From NCBI RefSeq assembly GCF_016807185.1, contig NZ_JAEVYN010000002.1:1630980-1662979 (forward strand): a stretch of DNA of 32,000 nucleotides, written 5' to 3'. This document shows positions 23,362-32,000 of this stretch, piece after piece (the first letter of the stretch is position 1; the number at the start of each line of letters is the position of its first letter). The notes under the pieces are model-generated. The model searched no databases and was not told the origin of the DNA. It worked only from the letters and a program-made list of their open reading frames with translations. The position numbers and the translations under genes were made by a program. The DNA is from Leptolyngbya sp. Cla-17 (lineage in GTDB: Bacteria > Cyanobacteriota > Cyanobacteriia > Leptolyngbyales > Leptolyngbyaceae).

Positions 23362-25374
23362 ATGCCGATGGAACTTCAATTTGGGCGAGAAATCTGCGGA
23401 CGGCTAGATTTGGCAGAGTCGCGGGAGTGGCTGGTGACCAATGGCATTGGCGGATATGCATCGGGCACCGTGGCAGGAATACTGACCCGCTGTTATCACG
23501 GCTTGCTGGTGGCGGCGCTGAATCCACCCGTAGGGCGAACGCTGATGCTGACGAAGCTAGACGAAACGGTGCAATATAGTAGTGGAACTAATCAAGATGA
23601 GTCTCGTTACTATCCACTTCATACAAATCGGTGGACGGGTGGCTCTGTAGAACCGCAAGGGTTTCGTCAGATTGAACGCTTTGCATTGGAAGGCTCGATT
23701 CCGACTTGGCGATATGCCTGTGCCGATGCGCTGATTGAAAAACGGATTTGGATGCAGATGGGGGCGAATACGACCTATGTGCAATATCAGGTGCTTCGTG
23801 CGTCACAACCTTTGAAGCTAGTGCTTAAGGCGCTGGTCAATTACCGAGACCATCACAGTCGAACTCAGCGAGGGGGGTGGCAGATGACGGTGGTGCCCTT
23901 AGATCACGGGATATGCGTGGCGGCGTTTCCCGAAGCCACTCAACTGACACTGCTGAGCGATCGCGCTGAGGTGACTCCTACCCATGATTGGTATTATGGC
24001 TTTGATCTAGCCCTGGAGCGAGAACGGGGATTGGGCGATCGCGAAGATCATCTCCATGTCGCAACTCTGCACGCGACTTTGGCAGTCGGCGAGTCTTTAA
24101 CGATCGCAGCTAGCACTGAACGCAAGCCCGATCTGAATGGGGAAATTGCTCTCAAAAATCGCCGCATTCATGACAGCAAACTACTGGGATTGTGGCGCTC
24201 TAACCGTGCGGTTGAATCTAAAGATGCCATTACTAATCGGTTAGTGCTAGCAGCCGATCAATTTATCGTTAACCGTTCATCTCCCGCAGATCCTCATGGA
24301 AAAACCGTAATTGCAGGCTATCCCTGGTTTAGCGATTGGGGTCGAGATACCATGATTAGCCTGCCGGGACTGACCCTCGCCACTGGGCAACCTGAAATTG
24401 CCCGCTCCATCCTGCGAACTTACGCCCGCTACGCCGATCAGGGCATGATTCCTAACCGTTTTCCTGATGCGGGAGAACTGCCAGAATACAACACGGTAGA
24501 TGCGACCCTATGGTACTTTGAAGCCCTGCGCGCTTACTATGCCGATACCGAAGATGATGATCTGGTTCAAGAACTCTTTCCTGTCTTGGCAGATATTATC
24601 GATTGGCACTGTCGCGGCACTCGCTTCAACATTCACCTTGATCCAGCGGATGGCTTACTGTATGCCGGAGAAGCGGGGGTGCAACTCACTTGGATGGATG
24701 CAAAGGTAGGCGATTGGGTCGTCACGCCCCGAATTGGCAAGCCTGTGGAGGTGAATGCTCTCTGGTACAACGCGCTGCGAACAATCGCAAAATTAGCGCG
24801 TCGCGTCGGCAAACCCCATCAGGAATATGAGGCGATCGCGGATCGCGCCCTTGCCCGATTTAGCCGCTTCTGGATCGCTGATTTGGGATACTGCTACGAT
24901 CTGCTTGATAGTCCAGAGGGCGATGATGACTCCCTGCGCCCCAACCAGATTTTTGCCGTTTCCCTCCCCGAAAGTCCACTCACGGCGGCTCAACAAAAAG
25001 GTGTAGTGGATACTTGCGCCCAAACATTACTCACCTCTCACGGGCTGCGATCGCTGGCTCCCAATCATCCCAGCTATCAAGGCACCTATCGTGGCTCTCC
25101 CATTCAGCGGGATGGAGCCTATCATCAAGGCACTGTATGGGAATGGCTATTGGGACCCTTTGCGATCGCGCATTTGCGGGTTTACAACAACCCTGCTCAA
25201 GCGCGTGAGTTTTTAGAACCGATGATGAATCACCTGATTGACTATGGCGTTGGCAGCCTGGGCGAAATTTGTGATGGAGATGCCCCCATGCAACCGCGCG
25301 GCTGCATTGCTCAAGCTTGGACAGTTGCCGAAATCCTCCGAGCCTGGATTGCCACAGAGCCGGTTTCTAGCTAA
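23362..25374 (+). CDS. glycogen debranching enzyme family protein (amylo-alpha-1,6-glucosidase type)
   Basis: The ATG at 23362 is preceded by GGAGAAGG (23350-23357). The N-terminal domain has REWLVTNGIGGYASGTVAGILTRCYHGLLV. The C-terminal six-hairpin glucosidase domain has GYPWFSDWGRDTMISLPGL, QLTWMDAKVGDW, NQIFAVSLP and AYHQGTVWEWL. Confidence 0.85.
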   Translation: MPMELQFGREICGRLDLAESREWLVTNGIGGYASGTVAGILTRCYHGLLVAALNPPVGRTLMLTKLDETVQYSSGTNQDESRYYPLHTNRWTGGSVEPQGFRQIERFALEGSIPTWRYACADALIEKRIWMQMGANTTYVQYQVLRASQPLKLVLKALVNYRDHHSRTQRGGWQMTVVPLDHGICVAAFPEATQLTLLSDRAEVTPTHDWYYGFDLALERERGLGDREDHLHVATLHATLAVGESLTIAASTERKPDLNGEIALKNRRIHDSKLLGLWRSNRAVESKDAITNRLVLAADQFIVNRSSPADPHGKTVIAGYPWFSDWGRDTMISLPGLTLATGQPEIARSILRTYARYADQGMIPNRFPDAGELPEYNTVDATLWYFEALRAYYADTEDDDLVQELFPVLADIIDWHCRGTRFNIHLDPADGLLYAGEAGVQLTWMDAKVGDWVVTPRIGKPVEVNALWYNALRTIAKLARRVGKPHQEYEAIADRALARFSRFWIADLGYCYDLLDSPEGDDDSLRPNQIFAVSLPESPLTAAQQKGVVDTCAQTLLTSHGLRSLAPNHPSYQGTYRGSPIQRDGAYHQGTVWEWLLGPFAIAHLRVYNNPAQAREFLEPMMNHLIDYGVGSLGEICDGDAPMQPRGCIAQAWTVAEILRAWIATEPVSS

Positions 25375-25500
25375 GTTCTACAAACTCCCTTCGTTTGCCT
25401 ACTCATCCATCTAAAATCTCTATTTAGACGGTTGCTTAGAACACGGTTTATTGCGGAGCTTCTGGCTCAGAATACATTCCATCGATCAGCTAATTCATCA

Positions 25501-25506
25501 AGGAGG
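25501..25506 (+). promoter_or_regulatory. Shine-Dalgarno sequence of the permease gene
   Basis: AGGAGG lies 8 nt upstream of the ATG at 25515. Confidence 0.7.
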
Positions 25507-25514
25507 CCTGGAAG

Positions 25515-26813
25515 ATGAGTGTGGTCAATGATTCGCAAGCCGTTGCTCAATCGCAAGCAAACGAAGACTATCCATTAACGGCTGTTCCCTCAGAAGCAAG
25601 GCGATCGCTGCTGTCAATGGCGTTTATGCTGTTAGGCTTCACGCTTTACTCTGGGACATTTTTTGCGGGTGGATTAGTTGGTCCAGCCTTCCGTTTTTTT
25701 CCTGACTTGATCGGGCTGTTAGTGGTGGGCAACCTGATTCTCGGCGGCTACGCCGCAGCACTGGGCTACATTGCTTCCAAAACTGGACTTTCTACAGTAT
25801 TGATGGCGCGATTTAGCTTTGGCAGCGTGGGGTCTCGCTGGGTAGATTTTATTCTCGGTTTTACCCAAATCGGCTGGTATGCTTGGGGATCAGGGCTGAT
25901 CGCGGATTTGCTGAATAAGCTGGCAGGTGTACCACAATCTTGGAACTGGCTGATCATCCTATTTTTCACGTATTTCTTTTGCATTACTGCCTACATTGGC
26001 TATCGAGCCATGGATTGGTATAGCCGCATCGCCGTTCCTGCAATTATTATTTTGATGCTGTGGAGTCTATCGATCTCAGTGGGTCAGGCAGGCGGCTTTG
26101 CGGGCGCTCAAGCCATTCAACCGACCACACAAATGGGTGTCGGTGCCGCCCTAACTATTATCGTTGGCACATTCATCTCTGGTGCAACTCAAGCCACTAA
26201 CTGGAGTCGGTTTGCAGACTCGCCTCGAACGGCAACTTTAGGAACCTTAGCGGCTTTCTTCATTGCCAACGGTTTTGTTGTTTTTGGGGGTGCTTTCTGC
26301 GCTTTGGTTTATCAGGACTTTGACATGGTGTCAGTCATGGCAAAGCAGGGACTTTTGATTCCTGGATTTATCCTGCTATTCCTCAATATGTGGAGCACTC
26401 AGGACAATACTATCTATGCGTTCTCGATCGCATTTTGCCATATGTTCCGCACCCAAAAGCGCACATTCTTCGTTTTAATTGGTGCCACGATCGCCTTTGT
26501 ACTGACTTTGGGTGGAATCTATGAAAGCAAACAGTTCATCAACTTCTTAATTTTGTTGGGAACGTTCATTCCGCCGATTGGTGGGGTGGTGATGGCAGAT
26601 TACTGGTTATACCGACGCGGACAGTTTCCGGCGTTAGACGAGCCACAGCCTGCTTTTAACTGGTCTGGCATTACCGCCTATATCGTAGCCTCTGCGATCG
26701 CCTATTACTCGTCTGGCATTAAGCCAATCAACGGCATCATTGCTGCCGCAGTTCTTTACTTTCTTCTGACTAAGCTAATACCGAATAATCGCAGCAGTGG
26801 AACAATCAAGTAG
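25515..26813 (+). CDS. codB: cytosine/purine permease of the NCS1 family (CodB-like)
   Basis: About 12 predicted TM helices. The N-terminus has YPLTAVPSEARRSLLSMAFMLLGF, and ATQATNWSRFA is typical of CodB-type NCS1 transporters. 432 aa. Confidence 0.8.
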   Translation: MSVVNDSQAVAQSQANEDYPLTAVPSEARRSLLSMAFMLLGFTLYSGTFFAGGLVGPAFRFFPDLIGLLVVGNLILGGYAAALGYIASKTGLSTVLMARFSFGSVGSRWVDFILGFTQIGWYAWGSGLIADLLNKLAGVPQSWNWLIILFFTYFFCITAYIGYRAMDWYSRIAVPAIIILMLWSLSISVGQAGGFAGAQAIQPTTQMGVGAALTIIVGTFISGATQATNWSRFADSPRTATLGTLAAFFIANGFVVFGGAFCALVYQDFDMVSVMAKQGLLIPGFILLFLNMWSTQDNTIYAFSIAFCHMFRTQKRTFFVLIGATIAFVLTLGGIYESKQFINFLILLGTFIPPIGGVVMADYWLYRRGQFPALDEPQPAFNWSGITAYIVASAIAYYSSGIKPINGIIAAAVLYFLLTKLIPNNRSSGTIK

Positions 26814-26924
26814 CGATCGTTGAACGAAATGTAAATCGCGGTTGCATTAGAAATGCCTTAGCAAAAGCAGTACGGGAGGGTCTCAAAAATCTTTTAGAAT
26901 AAACCTAACTATTGAGACGCGGCT

Positions 26925-27602
26925 ATGCTGTCATCTGACCTGCAACATACATTGCCAAGCAGCGATGAATTAATCGATTCGGATGATTTTCCCGTGGATA
27001 ATGAGGAGCAAAATTTTGTCCCCAATGTGTTGCTGTTCCTGCTGGAATACATCTGGAAACATCGGAACGATTGGTTCTTTGCCGTCGATATGGGCGTATA
27101 TCACACTACCGGGGCACATCCTAGGGTTCCTATTGTCCCTGACGGCTTTTTGAGTCTAGGAGTAGAGCGGCGCAAGGGTGGCAAATCACGCAAGAGCTAC
27201 GTTCTGTGGGAGGAAAATGGAATTTCACCCATCTTAACGTTGGAAGTCGTCTCTCAAACTCCGGGCGGTGAATACGACGACAAGCTGGAAATTTATGCCA
27301 AGTTAGGTGTGTTGTACACCATCGTCTACAATCCGCAGTTTTGGCGGCGCGATGGACATTTGCCATTTGAAGTTTATAAACTGGTAGACGGTTTTTATAA
27401 GCTTCAAGTGGGAGAGCCGTTTTGGATGCCGGAGATTGGCTTAGGGCTTGGGCGCTGTCAGTTACCCGACGATCCGCTACAGCGAGAAATTTTGAGCTGG
27501 TATGATGGCAAGGGCGATCGCTCGATGAACGAAGCGGAGACAGAGCGGCAACGGGCGGATCAACTAGCGGAGCGACTGCGGCAGTTGGGAGAAGATGTGT
27601 AG
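26925..27602 (+). CDS. Uma2 family (DUF820) PD-(D/E)xK-like endonuclease
   Basis: Has ...DMGVYHT...PDGFLSLGV...YVLWEENGISPILTLEVVS..., the typical Uma2 core, plus the cyanobacterial C-terminal ETERQRADQLAERLRQLG tail. Confidence 0.82.
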   Translation: MLSSDLQHTLPSSDELIDSDDFPVDNEEQNFVPNVLLFLLEYIWKHRNDWFFAVDMGVYHTTGAHPRVPIVPDGFLSLGVERRKGGKSRKSYVLWEENGISPILTLEVVSQTPGGEYDDKLEIYAKLGVLYTIVYNPQFWRRDGHLPFEVYKLVDGFYKLQVGEPFWMPEIGLGLGRCQLPDDPLQREILSWYDGKGDRSMNEAETERQRADQLAERLRQLGEDV

Positions 27603-27765
27603 AACCTATCAGCCATCCTTACGACTCTTTCAGTCCATCACCTGTAGTATCAATCTGCACAACAGAGTGACAAAAACCAGACTGAGCCAATGATAAGCAT
27701 GGAGAGCGATTCTAAGCTTTAAATCAGTGAACTAACTAGCATCGAGTGATATCAATAGGACTGCT

Positions 27766-28695
27766 ATGAGTGCCAAGGCTGCCCGTCGCTATACTCTTCT
27801 GTCGATCGCCGCTGCAATTTTAACCATTGGGTTGAAAACAGGGGCTTATTTGCTGACGGGTTCTGTGGGGCTGCTGTCGGATGCGATGGAGTCGGGGGTA
27901 AATCTGGTGGCAGCGGTCGTGGCGTTTTGGGCACTCTCCTATGCCGCGCAGCCTGCCGATGAAGATCATCCTTTTGGGCATACCAAAGCGGAGTATTTTT
28001 CCAGCGGCATTGAAAGCATTTTGATTGTGATTGCGGCAATTAGTATTGCGATCGCAGCTTGGGGACGGCTATTTCACCCGGAACCGATTGAACAAGTTGG
28101 GTTGGGGTTAGCATTATCTTTTGTTGCCACCGTAGTCAATGGCGGCGTTGCCTGGATATTGCTGCGTGCCGGAAAACGATTGCGTTCCATTACCCTGCGT
28201 GCAGATGCCCACCATTTGCTAACCGATGTCTGGACATCCGTCGGAGTAGCGATCGCCATCTTGCTAGTTAAATTGACGGGTTGGCTAATCCTTGATCCAA
28301 TCATTGCTCTAGTGGTCGCGGTCAACATTGTTTGGGCAGGGTTTCGGCTCTTGCAAGAGACGGGGACTGGGTTAATGGATAGCGCCATTTCGATCGCTGA
28401 CCAAGCCCAAATCATAGAAATTTTAGAACCTTACAAGCGTCAAGGTATTCTATTTCACGCGCTGAAAACCCGCAATGCTGGCTCCCGGAGCTTTGTCACC
28501 TTTCATATATTGGTGCCCGGTGAATGGAGCGTTCACACTGGACATGATCTGTGCGAGGAGATCGAACTGGCAATTATTCGCGCCTTACCTGGAATCTATG
28601 TGATGACTCATTTAGAACCAAAGGAAGATCCTAGTTCTTGGCTAGATCAAGATCTCGATCGCGCTCCTCAAGGTATCGATTCAATAGCCCCCTAA
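27766..28695 (+). CDS. cation diffusion facilitator (CDF) family metal efflux transporter
   Basis: Six TM helices, LLSDAMESGVN in TM2, DEDHPFGHTKAEY, ADAHHLLTDV in TM5, and a C-terminal cytoplasmic domain. 309 aa. Confidence 0.9.
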   Translation: MSAKAARRYTLLSIAAAILTIGLKTGAYLLTGSVGLLSDAMESGVNLVAAVVAFWALSYAAQPADEDHPFGHTKAEYFSSGIESILIVIAAISIAIAAWGRLFHPEPIEQVGLGLALSFVATVVNGGVAWILLRAGKRLRSITLRADAHHLLTDVWTSVGVAIAILLVKLTGWLILDPIIALVVAVNIVWAGFRLLQETGTGLMDSAISIADQAQIIEILEPYKRQGILFHALKTRNAGSRSFVTFHILVPGEWSVHTGHDLCEEIELAIIRALPGIYVMTHLEPKEDPSSWLDQDLDRAPQGIDSIAP

Positions 28696-28763
28696 CAGTT
28701 TCCAAGCACTGCTGCACCGTTTATACGGCCACCCTTGATAACAGCAATGCTATGTGTCAGTCG

Positions 28764-29087
28764 CTATGTTGCTTTTCGGTAAATGGCGCAAAGCCGACTG
28801 GGCTTGAAGATCTTTGCTTTAAACATAAAATTGGGCGGCACATTAATGATGATGTGATCGGTAGAAGTATGGAAAGGTTCAAATTCAGCCGGCATTCCTT
28901 TAGGCGTGGCAGCCGTGTAAGGAATGGGCTGAAACAAGAGCTGTGTGAACTCGACCGATGAACAGCCAGCCGTTTGAGAAATTTCTTGCAAAAAGGTTTC
29001 CGCCGTCAAGAGGGCAAATAGTGCTGCTTTTGCCTCAGATTCTAAAGAAAAGCTGCTGTCGAAATGCTCAATAATTTTAAGCGCCAT
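28764..29087 (-). CDS. hypothetical protein (107 aa)
   Basis: ATG ORF 22 nt downstream of plsY on the same strand. Its composition is more protein-like than that of the overlapping plus-strand ORF 28638..28961, which is RS-rich and runs out of the CDF gene. No recognised motif. Confidence 0.45.
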   Translation of the reverse strand: MALKIIEHFDSSFSLESEAKAALFALLTAETFLQEISQTAGCSSVEFTQLLFQPIPYTAATPKGMPAEFEPFHTSTDHIIINVPPNFMFKAKIFKPSRLCAIYRKAT

Positions 29088-29109
29088 AAGAAAAACCAGG
29101 AGTTGTGAA

Positions 29110-29793
29110 TTAGGGCTGGGGTGGAGTGGTCACTTCGGGCAAAGTTTGTCCAAGACGGGGTTCGGTGCCTGCCACCAAACGCTGAATGTTGGTGCGGTGT
29201 CGCCAGATCACATAAACGCCGCCAGCAATTCCAAACAGAAGAGAAGGTAGCGGTTGGTGATTGGCGACCATTAGCCCAGACACCGCGATCGCGCCCATAA
29301 TTGAGCTAATTGACACAATCCGCGTCACACCCAAAACCGCTAAAAATACTATCAGCGTTCCCAATCCAACAATCCAGTTCAGAGCGAGCAACACGCCTAA
29401 ACTGGTTGCTACCGATTTGCCACCCGTAAAGTTAAGAAACAACGATTTGCTGTGACCCAACAGCGCTACCATTCCTGCCAGAGTGACTATCCAGGGCAAC
29501 CACACGGATGGGTCAACAGTCATTGGCACCAATGGCTGGACAAATTCAGACCCATACAACCAGCGAAACAGGGCGATCGCGGCTGATCCCTTGAGAATAT
29601 CGACAAGCAGCACAATCAACGCTGGCAGCTTGCCCACTGTTCTCAACACATTCGTCGCACCTGTGGAGCCAGATCCTTGCTCCCGAATATCAAACCCTTT
29701 CACCAACCGACCCGCCCAATAGCCACTAGGTAATGATCCCAGTAGATAGGCAACTAGCAATAACAAACCGTTGAGCGTCAGCCAAAGAACCAT
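29110..29793 (-). CDS. plsY: glycerol-3-phosphate acyltransferase PlsY
   Basis: YLLGSLPSGYWAGRL...DIREQGSGSTGATNVLR..GK is the canonical PlsY N-terminus, in a multi-TM protein. 227 aa. Confidence 0.92.
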   Translation of the reverse strand: MVLWLTLNGLLLLVAYLLGSLPSGYWAGRLVKGFDIREQGSGSTGATNVLRTVGKLPALIVLLVDILKGSAAIALFRWLYGSEFVQPLVPMTVDPSVWLPWIVTLAGMVALLGHSKSLFLNFTGGKSVATSLGVLLALNWIVGLGTLIVFLAVLGVTRIVSISSIMGAIAVSGLMVANHQPLPSLLFGIAGGVYVIWRHRTNIQRLVAGTEPRLGQTLPEVTTPPQP

Positions 29794-29896
29794 AAGAAGG
29801 GTGTTAGGAGTTAGAACTTGAGAGCATTTTTCAGAAAAACTTACCCGATATTACCCCGTTTTTGGTTCTGAGTTTCTAGCCTTTGTCTTTTTAAGA

Positions 29897-31048
29897 TCAG
29901 TAATTGGAGTAGCTAGGAGCTTGAGGATTGGGCGCAAAGGCTAACCAGAGCGGATATTGCAACAGGGTTAAATCAATCTGCTCTTCGGTTTCGTCAATCA
30001 CCACAAGCGGCAGCAAACCGTCTTTGACCATGCGATCGGCTTTTTGAGACAGCACGAAGGGATCTTCAAACAATGCGGCACCGCGATCGGGACCAAAATC
30101 GCTGCGAGTAATGCCCAAACAGTCTTGCAAGCCTCTGCGCCATTCACCCAATCGTTCGGGAGAATCGGCTAATACTAGCGTGGTTTGGCGATCGCCATAG
30201 AGCTCTTGCAATATCGAAACAATGGCAGAGGTAATCAAAATATTTTGCAGCCGACTGCCCATAGTGCGCAGGGCACCCCGCCCACCCTGGGTAAAAAACC
30301 AATTAGAAACCCGTTCTGCATGAACCGGTTCAAACGTGCGTCGTAGCTGCCACGGCGGGCCGTAATAATCGGGGCGGCTGCGGTACTGATCGATCAAACT
30401 GCGGATCTTTTTGGTTTGAGCTTGAAAGCTTTCATCGGCAAATTTGGGCGTAGGCGGCTGGGCGGGCGCTGCGACTACGGTTATGGGGAGCTTTTCGGGT
30501 TCTTTAAACTTGGTTAGCTCCAATTGGTCAGCGGCTAGTGCCAAATCTTGGAGGCTGCCGACCAGGTATTCTTTAAAGCTTTGCACCCGAATGGCAAGGT
30601 CTTGAGAGGTTCCGGCAAACGTGGTTCGCATTTCAGCTCGAATCCGTTCTTGACGGCGCTCTAGCTGCTCTACGGTAATTTGCAAATCTCGCTTCCGCTG
30701 TTCCAGATCTTTTAAGCCGTCTTGAAGCAAAGAAGTAAGCGCCCCTTGAGTCGCTGTCACCTGTCCTTGCAATTCAGACTTCAGTCCTTGTAACTGAGCA
30801 ATATACTGCTGCAACGACTTTTCCTGGCGTTGCAACTCTGCAATCCGCTGTTCCAGATTCACGGGGGCAACTCCGCCAAACGGCACTTTTGCAATCACAG
30901 TATCGTCAGGAATCGCCGCTTCAGCCGTTTCATCAGGTTCAGGTAAAGAGGTGACTTCTTCATCGATCAGCGATCGCATAGAGGCTTCTTGAATCCCCAG
31001 TGATTCTTCGTTTTTTGCAGTATCAACAGGGAGTTCATTGGGAGTCAT
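29897..31048 (-). CDS. conserved cyanobacterial coiled-coil protein, DUF3086-like
   Basis: The central coiled coil is RIAELQRQEKSLQQYIAQLQGLKSELQGQV...LQITVEQLERRQERIRAEM. The conserved-looking C-terminal domain is YYGPPWQLRRTFEPVHAERVSNWFFTQGGRGALRTMGSRLQNILI. The family name is from memory only. Confidence 0.6.
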   Translation of the reverse strand: MTPNELPVDTAKNEESLGIQEASMRSLIDEEVTSLPEPDETAEAAIPDDTVIAKVPFGGVAPVNLEQRIAELQRQEKSLQQYIAQLQGLKSELQGQVTATQGALTSLLQDGLKDLEQRKRDLQITVEQLERRQERIRAEMRTTFAGTSQDLAIRVQSFKEYLVGSLQDLALAADQLELTKFKEPEKLPITVVAAPAQPPTPKFADESFQAQTKKIRSLIDQYRSRPDYYGPPWQLRRTFEPVHAERVSNWFFTQGGRGALRTMGSRLQNILITSAIVSILQELYGDRQTTLVLADSPERLGEWRRGLQDCLGITRSDFGPDRGAALFEDPFVLSQKADRMVKDGLLPLVVIDETEEQIDLTLLQYPLWLAFAPNPQAPSYSNY

Positions 31049-31089
31049 AACCAGTTTATGCTTGGGTAAAGGACGAAAGAGAATGGCAG

Positions 31090-31488
31090 TTAGGAAATGC
31101 GAGGGCAGCGTGCTTCCAGGCAGGTTCGTAACATTTTAGGATCAAATAAAACGGGTAGGAAGTGGATGCTGTTGACTTCCTTGAAATAGAACAGAATGGG
31201 CACCGGAGTCCAGAAGATGCGCCAATTTTGCCACTCCTGGTAGGGAAATCGACGGATTAAGGTGTCGCCTCGATAAATATCTAAATCGGATTGGGTAAAC
31301 CGCAGTCTTAAAGTAGCAGCCTGAATAAACAGGAACAGACCAAAGAGGGCGATCGCGCCACTTACCCAAACCTGCACCAAAAACAGCGGCAACGCCAAAA
31401 ACACTAAGGCGATCGGCAACCAAAAACTCGGCAACAGTTCAATCGTTGAGTCAGGGATGGGAGAAGGAACAGTTGTCACAGTAGTCAC
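31090..31488 (-). CDS. small membrane protein, DUF3119-like
   Basis: GTG start. Two TM helices are followed by RLRFTQSDLDIYRGDTLIRRFPYQEWQNWRIFWTPVPILFYFKEVNSIHFLPVLFD. The family name is from memory only. Confidence 0.55.
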   Translation of the reverse strand: MTTVTTVPSPIPDSTIELLPSFWLPIALVFLALPLFLVQVWVSGAIALFGLFLFIQAATLRLRFTQSDLDIYRGDTLIRRFPYQEWQNWRIFWTPVPILFYFKEVNSIHFLPVLFDPKMLRTCLEARCPRIS

Positions 31489-31556
31489 AATTTATATTGA
31501 TTGACTTTTCCATTGTATGGGGTTACCAAGCTGTCAGCGAGCAGAAGATAGCCAAG

Positions 31557-32000
31557 TCACGTTCCAGGAATTGTGGAAGTGCCCACGCCCTGAAACATAA
31601 GCCAGGATAGGAGAAAGTCGCTAATGAAAATTGCCAGCAGCGAGGTTACCACAGCGGTAGTAGTGGATTGTCCCACGCCCTTTGCCCCTCCAGTGGTTGT
31701 TAGCCCCCAGCTACAGCCAATAATCGCAATCATTGACCCAAAAACAAGAGATTTAATTGGAGCACTAAACAAATCCCATAGTTCGAGAAAATTTTGGATT
31801 GATTCCAGAAATAGGGTCTGGGAAATACCGTATACATTGGTTGCCACAAGATAGCCACTGCCTAATCCAATGAATAACGAAAAAACCGTCAGCAGCGGCA
31901 ACATGATGCAGCAAGCCAACACTCGCGGAATGACCAAATACTCAATCGGATCTGTTTTTAGCACATACAGTGCATCAATTTGTTCGCTGACGCGCATGGT
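31557..32000 (-). CDS. mlaE: MlaE/Ttg2B-family ABC transporter permease, C-terminal part (gene continues past the window end)
   Basis: RVSEQIDALYVLKTDPIEYLVIPRVLACCIMLPLLT...GGAKGVGQSTTTAVV is the conserved C-terminal half of MlaE permeases. The frame is open to nt 32000. Confidence 0.85.
   Translation of the reverse strand, partial: TMRVSEQIDALYVLKTDPIEYLVIPRVLACCIMLPLLTVFSLFIGLGSGYLVATNVYGISQTLFLESIQNFLELWDLFSAPIKSLVFGSMIAIIGCSWGLTTTGGAKGVGQSTTTAVVTSLLAIFISDFLLSWLMFQGVGTSTIPGT

Noticed and set aside
26925-27602. The Uma2-family endonuclease as a stand-alone defence or restriction gene
   Set aside because: The family is massively expanded in cyanobacterial genomes. It usually occurs as solitary genes with no methylase or partner, and nothing in this copy or its flanks is unusual.
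28638-28961. A plus-strand 107-aa ORF overlapping the CDF 3' end and the minus-strand ORF 28764..29087
   Set aside because: It has an RS-repeat, Cys-rich, junk-like composition and starts inside the CDF gene. The minus-strand ORF looks more protein-like, although that one is itself only a moderate-confidence call.

Overview
This is a chromosomal segment from a cyanobacterium. The evidence is the very dense HIP1 palindromes (GCGATCGC), the cyanobacteria-type PanC-Cmk fusion gene, a solitary ureC, and several cyanobacteria/plastid-lineage conserved genes of the DUF3122, DUF3086 and DUF3119 kind. A Leptolyngbya-like filamentous lineage is only a guess. I call about 31 protein-coding genes. Most are housekeeping: rpsF, an IscS/NifS-type cysteine desulfurase, ilvC, panC-cmk, rfbD, ureC, argG, a glycogen-debranching-family enzyme, codB-like permease, a CDF transporter, plsY and a partial mlaE. 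I recognised no rRNA, tRNA, CRISPR array, transposase or integrase. The unusual part is 14.98-19.95 kb. (1) Fifteen head-to-tail copies of a strictly 21-nt-phased repeat begin right after the ureC stop codon. (2) Next comes an NLR-like STAND gene with a 156-aa helical N-domain, an NB-ARC ATPase and TPR repeats. It forms one 2,295-nt reading frame interrupted only by a single in-frame TGA, and by eye it contains no full HIP1 octamer, whereas ureC next door has seven. (3) Convergent with it is an operon for a Tat-signal class-3 lipase and a small Cys-bounded protein whose start is ambiguous (ATGA-coupled 22-codon uORF or a G6 frameshift). A small MITE-like repeat family with an ACTCCGCAC core occurs at four or more loci. 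One copy is an in-frame 23-codon insertion in the Cmk half of panC-cmk. Another supplies the stop codon of a ferritin-like gene. All functional calls come from motif recognition by eye; no database search was run.
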